33,965 nucleotides of DNA, taken from the NCBI GenBank assembly GCA_905233335.1, contig CAJOED010000020.1, forward strand, positions 1 through 33,965, in the 5' to 3' direction. The translations under genes were made by a program, and so were the position numbers. Below, piece by piece: positions 1 through 6,806 of this stretch. The notes beneath the pieces were generated by a model. It ran no database searches, had not been told where the DNA came from, and saw nothing but the letters and a program-made list of their open reading frames with translations. Position 1 is the first letter of the stretch. The number at the start of each line of letters is the position of its first letter. This stretch comes from an uncultured Synergistales bacterium (lineage in GTDB: Bacteria > Synergistota > Synergistia > Synergistales > Aminobacteriaceae).

Positions 1-168
1 GTATATGGGATTGCGTTTGAACGTGCTGAAAATTTTTGCGTCCTTTGAAGCCAAATAACAGAATAACGGATAATGCCCGTCGTCTGAAATGCTCGTTCCG
101 TATTTACAGGCACGTACTATGCTGAATGCAAGACCTAATACGCTTTTGAAGTCCTTAATGCCAAACAT
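1..168 (-). CDS. hypothetical protein, N-terminal 56 codons only (continues past the left edge)
   Basis: Minus-strand ATG at 168-166 with GAGGG 9 nt upstream, 18 nt downstream of the epimerase stop. Frame stays open to position 1 (MFGIKDFKSVLGLAFSIVRACKYGTSISDDGHYPLFCYLASKDAKIFSTFKRNPIY...). Too short for the supplied ORF track. No family recognised. Confidence 0.35.
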   Translation of the reverse strand, partial: MFGIKDFKSVLGLAFSIVRACKYGTSISDDGHYPLFCYLASKDAKIFSTFKRNPIY

Positions 169-186
169 GAAAATCTACCCTCATAA

Positions 187-1203
187 TTACTTCTTTCCGT
201 AAAAATCAGCATACCATTCCACGAACTTTCTTAGTCCCTCATGAATATTTATCGACGGTGTGAAGCCGAAATCACGTTCAAGCTGTGAGGAGTCCGCAAA
301 CGTTACGGGAACATCCCCCGGCTGCAACGGCACAAGTTCACGGTGAGCGTCGAAGTCGTAATCTTCCGGGAGAAGCCCCGCACGCACAAGTTCACGCTGC
401 AACACATCAATGAACTCAAGCAGATTTTCGGGACGACCGCCGCCGATGTTGTAGACGCTGGCTTTTTCGGGTGCTCCCTGCATGACACGGTATACGCCCT
501 CGATGATGTCGTCGACATACGTAAAGTCCCGCTCACACTTTCCGTAATTGAATATCTGTATCGTCCCTCCTGCTGTAAGAGTGTCAGTGAATTTGAAGTA
601 TGACATGTCAGGCCGTCCCGCAGGACCGTAAACCGTGAAGAATCGCAGCCCTGTAGAAGGCACTCCAAACAGATGAGAGTACGAATGCGCAAGAAGTTCA
701 TTGCTTTTTTTCGTCGCGGCGTAAAGTGATATGGGACTGTCGGTCTTGTCGTCGGTCGAGAACGGTATCTTTGTGTTGCCGCCGTAAACAGAAGATGATG
801 ATGCGTACACGAGGTGCTTCACGCTGTCGGAATGTCTGCATGCCTCAAGTATGTTGTAGAAGCCTATCAAGTTCGACGTAATGTATGCGTCAGGGTTCAC
901 GATCGAGTAACGCACTCCGGCTTGTGCGGCCAAGTTCACGACAACAACAGGAGCATACTCGCTGAAGACGGCGTTCACTTTCTCCCGGTCGCTGATGTCT
1001 CCGAGTACGAACGAAAAGTTTTCGTGAGCCGTGAGCTTGTCGAGTCTGTGCTTCTTGAGGTCGACGCTGTAGTAGTCGTTCATGTTGTCGATGCCGATAA
1101 CCCGACAGCCCTCATCAATAAGCCGCTGTGATAATGCCGAACCGATAAATCCTGCCGCACCTGTTACTAAAATATTTCCGTCATGAAGATTAATTTTATG
1201 CAA
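187..1203 (-). CDS. NAD-dependent nucleotide-sugar epimerase/dehydratase (extended SDR, UDP-glucuronate 4-epimerase-like)
   Basis: 338-aa ORF with TTG start 9 nt after AAGGAG. Rossmann motif GAAGFIGS near the N-terminus and catalytic YAATK (YxxxK). Overall resemblance to Cap1J/LpsL-type epimerases is from memory, not searched. Confidence 0.85.
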   Translation of the reverse strand: MHKINLHDGNILVTGAAGFIGSALSQRLIDEGCRVIGIDNMNDYYSVDLKKHRLDKLTAHENFSFVLGDISDREKVNAVFSEYAPVVVVNLAAQAGVRYSIVNPDAYITSNLIGFYNILEACRHSDSVKHLVYASSSSVYGGNTKIPFSTDDKTDSPISLYAATKKSNELLAHSYSHLFGVPSTGLRFFTVYGPAGRPDMSYFKFTDTLTAGGTIQIFNYGKCERDFTYVDDIIEGVYRVMQGAPEKASVYNIGGGRPENLLEFIDVLQRELVRAGLLPEDYDFDAHRELVPLQPGDVPVTFADSSQLERDFGFTPSINIHEGLRKFVEWYADFYGKK

Positions 1204-1370
1204 ACAAAATCACTCCTTGATGCTCATAATTATTTTTTGTTGTTGAAGCTGATGATGTTAATCTCTTCATATAGTGTAGCACTCGTTGATAAAATATCTC
1301 CGTCATGAAAATTATTGCTGACATGTTACGCTTCTCATTGACAGTCCGCAAAATTATTATTATGCGTTAA

Positions 1371-1379
1371 TGCTATAAT
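1371..1379 (+). promoter_or_regulatory. candidate extended -10 promoter (TGCTATAAT) for rpmB-pepA
   Basis: TGnTATAAT match about 40 nt upstream of the rpmB ATG. GGAGG RBS at 1407-1411. Pattern only, no clear -35. Confidence 0.3.
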
Positions 1380-1421
1380 ACCATTCATAATTTTTCAGTA
1401 ATAAACGGAGGAAATTTTATC

Positions 1422-1625
1422 ATGGCTAAATTTTGTGAATGCTGCGGGAGAGGCCCCGTATCAGGAAATGCCGTAAGTCATTCAAACCGTCATACACGCA
1501 GACGCTGGAACATCAACCTTCAGACAGTAAGAATCGATGCTGGCGACGGAGAACTCATGAAAGTGAAAGTCTGCACCAAGTGTTTGAAGTCCGGCTTTGT
1601 GAAGAGGGCTGTGAATGCAAATTAA
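1422..1625 (+). CDS. rpmB: 50S ribosomal protein L28
   Basis: 67-aa ORF MAKFCECCGRGPVSGNAVSHSNRHTRRRWNINLQ... with the L28 core (SHSN..T.R.W..NLQ). GGAGG RBS 10 nt upstream. Confidence 0.93.
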   Translation: MAKFCECCGRGPVSGNAVSHSNRHTRRRWNINLQTVRIDAGDGELMKVKVCTKCLKSGFVKRAVNAN

Positions 1626-3063
1626 CCGCTGGGAAAATAATCCCGCTGTGAACTCCTTGCTTCTTCTTATGCGTGAGGAGGACTGCGAAAATATCTCGTC
1701 AATCCCGGAAGTGTACGAGGGAATACGGGGAATTGTTGCCGTTCTCGTTTCGCGAAAAGATTTCAGGGGCAAAAAGGGAAGTACTTTGCGTGTTCCGATG
1801 GTGGACGGGAATTTGTATCTCGTCGGCTTGGGCAAAAAGAACAAATGCTCCCTGAACGTCATACGTGAAGAGCTGGCTTCCGGGCTTCGCAAAATCGGCA
1901 GGGAACACAACAAGAGCGCGTTCGTCGTTCTCTCACACCTGAAAGAATATGAAGGGTTATGCTTTGCGTTCGGTGAGGCGTGCGGTCTGTGCGGGTATGT
2001 TTTCGACAAGTACAAGGCCAAGAAGGATGACTATGAGCCTTTTGCGCTTGATGTCGTGTATTCGGACGTTTACGCCCCTGATGAGTTCGAGAAGGGTATG
2101 AAGTTCGCCGATGCACAGAAATTTTCTCGTAACATCGCGAATGAGCCGGGCTGTGTCATCAACCCTGAAACACTCTCGGAAAAAGCCATAGAGTTAGCAG
2201 AAAAGTATAGTCTTGGGTGCGAAATTTGGGACGAGGAGAAATTACGCGCGGAGAACATGGGAGCTTTGCTTGCTGTCGGAAGCGGCTCAAAGACTCCACC
2301 CCGGTTAATTCACCTCACGTACAAACCCGAAAACCCAAAGGCAAAAATTGCGTTCGTGGGAAAGGGTATAACGTTCGACAGCGGCGGCCTCGACATAAAG
2401 CCCGAAAACTTCATGCTGACCATGAAGGGAGACAAAACAGGAGCCTGCAACGTTCTCGGCATAATGAAGGGTGCTGCTGAACTTGGCCTGAACGTAGAAG
2501 TACACGGCTTCATGACTTGCGCGGAGAATATGCCTTCAGGGAGTGCGTTCCGTCCCGACGACATAATCACAGCGCGCAACGGCAAAACGATAGAGATCAA
2601 CAACACCGACGCGGAAGGTCGTCTCGTACTGTCTGACGCTCTGTGTGTTGCGAGTGAGCTGAAACCCGATGCGATTATCGACATGGCAACTCTCACGGGA
2701 GCTTGTGCGGTAGCTTTGGGCAAATGGCGGGCGGGTCTGTTCTGCAACGATGCCAAACTTGCGGGCGAAATTCTCACGTCTTCCGAAAATCGCGGCGAGT
2801 CTTTCTGGAGAATGCCACTTGAGGACGAACATATCGCCGAAACCCTGAAATCACCTTTTGCCGACCTCGTGAACTGTGGACAGAGATACGGCGGGGCAAT
2901 ATTCGCGGCACAATTCCTGCGTGAGTTCGTCGGAGAAGGCATCAAGTGGGCACATCTCGATATTGCGGGCGTTGACTTCTACGATAAGGAGTTCGGAGTT
3001 TACCCGAAGGGCGCGAGTGCGTTCGGTGTTCGTACGTGCCTGGACTATTTGATGAGGCTGTAG
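1615..3063 (+). CDS. pepA: leucyl aminopeptidase (peptidase family M17)
   Basis: 482-aa ORF with M17 signature NTDAEGRLVLSDAL and VGKGITFDSGGLDIKP metal-site context. Start is uncertain: ATG 1615 overlaps rpmB by 11 nt and has AGAGGG upstream; ATG 1669 is the alternative. Confidence 0.9.
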   Translation: MQINRWENNPAVNSLLLLMREEDCENISSIPEVYEGIRGIVAVLVSRKDFRGKKGSTLRVPMVDGNLYLVGLGKKNKCSLNVIREELASGLRKIGREHNKSAFVVLSHLKEYEGLCFAFGEACGLCGYVFDKYKAKKDDYEPFALDVVYSDVYAPDEFEKGMKFADAQKFSRNIANEPGCVINPETLSEKAIELAEKYSLGCEIWDEEKLRAENMGALLAVGSGSKTPPRLIHLTYKPENPKAKIAFVGKGITFDSGGLDIKPENFMLTMKGDKTGACNVLGIMKGAAELGLNVEVHGFMTCAENMPSGSAFRPDDIITARNGKTIEINNTDAEGRLVLSDALCVASELKPDAIIDMATLTGACAVALGKWRAGLFCNDAKLAGEILTSSENRGESFWRMPLEDEHIAETLKSPFADLVNCGQRYGGAIFAAQFLREFVGEGIKWAHLDIAGVDFYDKEFGVYPKGASAFGVRTCLDYLMRL

Positions 3064-3075
3064 CAGAAAACATAA

Positions 3076-3123
3076 CCGTGAAAATTTTTCGGTCATCATG
3101 GCCGTGAGTATTTCACGGTTTTT
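3076..3123 (+). terminator. rho-independent terminator after pepA
   Basis: CCGTGAAA (3076-3083) pairs perfectly with TTTCACGG (3111-3118). An inner CGGTC/GGCCG helix follows, then T5. Begins 13 nt after the pepA stop. Confidence 0.55.
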
Positions 3124-3159
3124 GTGTGCATAGTCATAATATGAAGCAAGAAAATACAT

Positions 3160-3181
3160 TGTGATATAATCTCAAAAACTT
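3160..3181 (+). promoter_or_regulatory. extended -10 promoter core (TGATATAAT) within 22-nt repeat, copy 1, upstream of tarI-like copy 1
   Basis: TGTGATATAATCTCAAAAACTT. TGnTATAAT at 3162-3170, GGAGG RBS at 3182-3186, ATG at 3194. Identical 22-mer at 3918-3939. Confidence 0.45.
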
Positions 3182-3193
3182 GGAGGTTTCGTT

Positions 3194-3907
3194 ATGGCAG
3201 TAGTGGCAATGATAATGGCAGGCGGCGCAGGAACAAGAATGCACCAGAATATACCCAAGCAGTTTTTGACGGTCAATGACAGGCCGGTAATCGCATACAC
3301 GCTTGAAGTGTTCGAGAAACACCCGGAAGTTGACGTGATTGCTGCTGTATGTATTGAGGGCTGGGAAAATGTCCTTAAGGCTTATGCGGAACAGTTCAAC
3401 ATCAGGAAGCTGAAACATATTATTACTGGCGGCGGTTCTGCATTCGAGTCAATCAGGAACGGCGTATTTGAACTTGAGAAACATTTTGCTCCTGACGATA
3501 TGATTTTGATTCATGACGGTATTCGCCCGATGGTATCTCCCGAAATTATCTCGAACTGCATACGTGTAGCAGTCAGGAACGGCAACGCTATAACCGCTAT
3601 CCCCTGCCCTGAAGCAATGATGACGACAACAGACGGTTTCACTTCAACAGGCAGTTATACGAATACGAACCTCAAGAGGACGCAGACACCTCATGCGTTT
3701 TATCTCAAGAACATATGCGGGCTTCACCGGCGTGCGATTGAGGCGGGCATAACGAACTCTCTTGCTTCATGTTCACTGATGGAGGAACTCGGCGAACACG
3801 TATATTTTTCTGACGGCTCGGAAAAAAATCTCAAGCTCACTACAATAGATGACATTGATATATTCCGGGCGTTACTGAATACGGAAAGGGCTTCATGGCT
3901 GAAATGA
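3194..3907 (+). CDS. IspD/TarI-family sugar-phosphate cytidylyltransferase, copy 1
   Basis: 237 aa. The N-terminal MAGGAGTRM...IPKQF nucleotide-binding signature is that of the IspD/TarI family. Roughly two thirds of residues are identical to copy 2 by eye. MEP-pathway IspD cannot be distinguished from ribitol-5-P cytidylyltransferase by sequence alone. Confidence 0.8.
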   Translation: MAVVAMIMAGGAGTRMHQNIPKQFLTVNDRPVIAYTLEVFEKHPEVDVIAAVCIEGWENVLKAYAEQFNIRKLKHIITGGGSAFESIRNGVFELEKHFAPDDMILIHDGIRPMVSPEIISNCIRVAVRNGNAITAIPCPEAMMTTTDGFTSTGSYTNTNLKRTQTPHAFYLKNICGLHRRAIEAGITNSLASCSLMEELGEHVYFSDGSEKNLKLTTIDDIDIFRALLNTERASWLK

Positions 3908-3917
3908 AATAACGTGC

Positions 3918-3939
3918 TGTGATATAATCTCAAAAACTT
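3918..3939 (+). promoter_or_regulatory. extended -10 promoter core within 22-nt repeat, copy 2, upstream of ldh
   Basis: Perfect second copy of TGTGATATAATCTCAAAAACTT. It starts 10 nt after the tarI-1 stop. AGGAG RBS at 3953-3957, TTG start at 3968. Confidence 0.45.
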
Positions 3940-3967
3940 TTCATGAAAGCGCAGGAGTTTTTCAGTA

Positions 3968-4915
3968 TTGAGCAGCATAAATTTACGTAAGGTAGCTATT
4001 GTCGGCTGCGGTTTTGTCGGGAGTGCCAGCGCATTCGCCCTCATGCAGAGCGGGTTGTTCTCCGAAATGGTATTAATCGATGTTGACCACGAACGCGCAG
4101 AAGGTGAAGCCCTCGACATCGGACACGGTATGCCCCTCGCAAAACCCATGCAGATTTACGCCGGAGATTATGACGACATCAAAGACGCGGCAATTATCGT
4201 AGTTACTGCCGGAGCAAACCAGAAACCAGGCGAGACTCGTCTTGACCTCGTGAAGAAGAACGCAGAAATTTTCAGGGGTATCATGCCGGAAATCTCAAAG
4301 CGCAAGTACAAGGGCATAATGTTAGTGGTAGCTAACCCCGTCGACATTCTCACGTACATAGCGATAAAGTACAGCGGCCTCCCTGCAAACAGAGTAATAG
4401 GTTCAGGGACTGTCCTCGACACCGCACGCCTGAAGTACTTACTCGGTGAACATCTTGCTGTTGACACACGGAGCGTACACACGTTCATAATCGGCGAACA
4501 CGGGGACAGCGAATTTGCCACATGGAGCAGCACGAACATTTCGGGAGTTCCGCTTCATGATTTTTGTGTCATGAGGGGGCATAAGGATTTCGACTCGGCA
4601 ATGCGTGAACTTGAAGACGGCGTGAGGAACAGCGCATACGAGATCATCAAGAGGAAGCACGCTACGTATTACGGAATTGCTATGGCGGTGAAGAGAATTT
4701 GCGAGGCCGTCATACGCGACGAAAAATCTGTGCTGGCAGTGTCGAGCCTCATGAACGGTGCTTACGGGATAAGTGATGTAGCGTTGAGTGTTCCTGCTAT
4801 TGTCGGCAAGGACGGAATAGAGGACTTAATACCCATAAGATTGAGCTTTGAGGAACAGAAAAAATTACGTGAGAGCGCAGAAGTTTTGAGGAGTGCAATC
4901 AATGAAGTACTGTAA
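3968..4915 (+). CDS. ldh: L-lactate dehydrogenase
   Basis: 315 aa with TTG start 10 nt after AGGAG. Rossmann KVAIVGCGFVGSA. Substrate loop AGANQKPGETRLDL carries Gln, indicating LDH rather than MDH. Catalytic IGEHGDSE. Confidence 0.9.
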   Translation: MSSINLRKVAIVGCGFVGSASAFALMQSGLFSEMVLIDVDHERAEGEALDIGHGMPLAKPMQIYAGDYDDIKDAAIIVVTAGANQKPGETRLDLVKKNAEIFRGIMPEISKRKYKGIMLVVANPVDILTYIAIKYSGLPANRVIGSGTVLDTARLKYLLGEHLAVDTRSVHTFIIGEHGDSEFATWSSTNISGVPLHDFCVMRGHKDFDSAMRELEDGVRNSAYEIIKRKHATYYGIAMAVKRICEAVIRDEKSVLAVSSLMNGAYGISDVALSVPAIVGKDGIEDLIPIRLSFEEQKKLRESAEVLRSAINEVL

Positions 4916-4969
4916 GAATATCGTACCCCCTCCCGTAAGTATTTTGCGCGATACGATAAATAGAATGTG

Positions 4970-5019
4970 CCGTGAAGGTTTTTCGGTCGTTATGACTGTG
5001 AAGCCCTCGCGGTTTTTTT
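4970..5019 (+). terminator. rho-independent terminator after ldh (degenerate paralogue of the 3076 element)
   Basis: CCGTGAAGG (4970-4978) pairs with CCCTCGCGG (5004-5012), with one G-U and one mismatch, followed by T7 (5013-5019). The whole ~50-nt element aligns with 3076-3123. Confidence 0.45.
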
Positions 5020-5032
5020 GTGCATGTATGAG

Positions 5033-5749
5033 ATGGCAAATATAGCTCTGGTTATTGCAGGCGGATCCGGGAACAGAATGCATCAGGACATACCCAAACA
5101 GTTCCTGATAGTCTATGAACGTCCCGTGATTATCTACACACTTGAAGCATTCGAGCGGCACCCCGAAATTGACGCAATCGCTGTAGTTTGTATTGACGGC
5201 TGGGAACGTGTGCTTGAAGCGTACGCAAAACAGTTCAACATCAGCAAGCTCAAATACATAATCCCCGGCGGCACCACAGGGCAGGAGTCCATACGCAACG
5301 GAGTATTCGAACTCGAAAAACATTTTGCCCCCGATGATATTGTGCTCATTCACGACGCAATACGCCCGATGCTTTCACCTGAAGTCATTTCCGACTGCAT
5401 ACGTGTAACCCGCAAATACGGCAACGCTACCGTAGTAGTTCCCTGTGCCGAAGCAATCATGCAGACAGACGACGGCGAAAAATCTACAGGAAGCTATCCC
5501 CGCGACAAGCTCAAACGCACACAGACTCCGCAGGCTTTTCACATCGGGGAAATCTGCGAACTTCACAGAGAAGCCCTCAAAGCAGGAATAACAAGCTCCG
5601 TAGCATCATGTACTCTCATGATAGAAATGGGAAGGCAGGTATATTTTTCGGCGGGCAGTGAGAAAAACATAAAGCTCACAACTGTAGATGACATTGATAT
5701 TTTCAAGGCACTTTTGAGAACGGAGAGATCTTCATGGCTGAAAAGTTGA
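5033..5749 (+). CDS. IspD/TarI-family sugar-phosphate cytidylyltransferase, copy 2
   Basis: The track ORF starts at TTG 5018 inside the terminator T-run. ATG 5033 (MANIALVIAGGSGNRMHQDIPKQF...) aligns with the start of copy 1, giving 238 aa. The stop overlaps the start of the downstream SDR gene by 16 nt. Confidence 0.8.
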   Translation: MANIALVIAGGSGNRMHQDIPKQFLIVYERPVIIYTLEAFERHPEIDAIAVVCIDGWERVLEAYAKQFNISKLKYIIPGGTTGQESIRNGVFELEKHFAPDDIVLIHDAIRPMLSPEVISDCIRVTRKYGNATVVVPCAEAIMQTDDGEKSTGSYPRDKLKRTQTPQAFHIGEICELHREALKAGITSSVASCTLMIEMGRQVYFSAGSEKNIKLTTVDDIDIFKALLRTERSSWLKS

Positions 5750-6124
5750 GCACTAATAATTTATGGCTGTCCGACATCGACAAAATCATACACTCACTCC
5801 CTGAACTTGATACGCTTTCGGGAAAATCCATCATGATTACCGGCGCAAACGGGCTTATATGTTCCGCTGTTGTTGACATACTCATACGCTACAACGAAAC
5901 ACATACAGCCGCACCCGTACACATAACCGCAGCAGGAAGAAGCCCCGAAAGATTACGCGAACGTTTCGGGAAATTCAGCGGGAAAAAATATTTCTCGTTC
6001 ATGAATTACGATGCTTCACGCGATAGGGTGGGAGACTTTCACGCCGACTACATCATTCACGGAGCCAGCAACGCAACACCTGCTTCAATGTCCGCCGAAC
6101 CTGTAGAGACCATGCTCGCTAATA

Positions 6125-6199
6125 TGCTCAACCCACGAAGCTGTTACCCCGTAAGCAAACGTGCCGCTGAAACTTTATGCGTGAGTTATGCTGCTGAAT
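6125..6199 (+). repeat. 75-bp perfect direct repeat, copy 1 (ectopic copy inside the SDR gene)
   Basis: TGCTCAACCCACGAAGCTGTTACCCCGTAAGCAAACGTGCCGCTGAAACTTTATGCGTGAGTTATGCTGCTGAAT is identical at 6252-6326 (offset 127 nt). It encodes LNPRSCYPVSKRAAETLCVSYAAE in frame 1 here. Confidence 0.95.
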
Positions 6200-6251
6200 G
6201 CAGAGAACAATTCACAGCCATTCACTGAAAACGATTACGGCTATGTTGACC

Positions 6252-6326
6252 TGCTCAACCCACGAAGCTGTTACCCCGTAAGCAAACGTGCCGCTGAAAC
6301 TTTATGCGTGAGTTATGCTGCTGAAT
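6252..6326 (+). repeat. 75-bp perfect direct repeat, copy 2 (native position)
   Basis: Same 75 nt as 6125-6199. Here it is read in frame 2 and flanked on both sides by sequence that makes sense for an SDR (..YGYVDL-LNPRSCYPVSKRAAETLCVSYAAE-YGADVVIVRPGHIYGP). Confidence 0.95.
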
Positions 6327-6777
6327 ACGGAGCTGATGTCGTCATCGTGAGGCCGGGACACATTTACGGCCCGACAGCGTCAGAACGTGATAACAGAGTG
6401 TCGTCTGCTTTTGCGTACAATGCCGCGCGGGGTGAAAACATCATCATGAAGAGCGACGGTTTGCAGCTTCGGAGCTGGTGCTATTGTCTTGACTGTGCAG
6501 GGGCAATCCTCAAAGTTCTGCTGCGGGGCGAAAACTCTCACGCCTATAACATTCCCGGCGAAATCATGAATATCCGTGAAATGTCAGAAATGCTCGCAAA
6601 GTTCGGAGGAGTGAAGTTAATTCGTGAGGGTGCTTTGGAGAGTGAGCGCAAAACCTTCAATCCCATGAATAACTCTTCTGTTGACGGTGCAGAAATTGAG
6701 TCTCTCGGGTGGAAAAATATTTTTGACGCTGAAACAGGCTTTGAGCATACTGTGAGAATATTACGTGAGATACAAAC

Positions 6778-6800
6778 CCCCCTGCCATAACAACAGGGGG
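6778..6800. terminator. GC-clamp hairpin between convergent SDR gene and mrp operon
   Basis: CCCCCTG (6778-6784), 9-nt loop, CAGGGGG (6794-6800). It overlaps the SDR stop codon and ends 6 nt before the mrpD stop. There is no U-tract on either side, so termination activity is uncertain. It is related to the hairpin at 14165-14193. Confidence 0.3.
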
Positions 6801-6806
6801 CATACA

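Larger units (their letters stand above)
5734..6790 (+). pseudogene. NAD-dependent epimerase/dehydratase/reductase (extended SDR) gene, disrupted by a rearrangement
   Basis: ORF 5734-6228 (frame 1) has the Rossmann ITGANGLICS and ends at a stop. ORF 6188-6790 (frame 2) has YPVSKRAAE (YxxxK) and the C-terminal half. The central block expected between ...EPVETMLANM and ...AENNSQPFTENDYGYVDL is absent and is replaced by a 75-bp copy of downstream sequence. Confidence 0.75.

Noticed and set aside
303-1131. ORFs 303-701(-), 343-603(+) and 814-1131(+) inside the epimerase gene
   Set aside because: They are alternative-frame or antisense shadows of a well-supported 338-aa SDR gene. They have no RBS or recognisable motifs.
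1615-1625. 11-nt overlap of rpmB and pepA considered as a possible frameshift or fusion
   Set aside because: Both proteins are complete in their own frames (L28 is full length). An ordinary overlapping start, or the alternative ATG 1669, explains it.
1482-3159. Multiple minus-strand and alternative-frame ORFs (for example 1482-2021, 2310-2945, 2851-3159) overlapping pepA
   Set aside because: They lie fully within or antisense to the M17 aminopeptidase gene. Their Arg/Ser/Pro-rich composition is typical of antisense translation.
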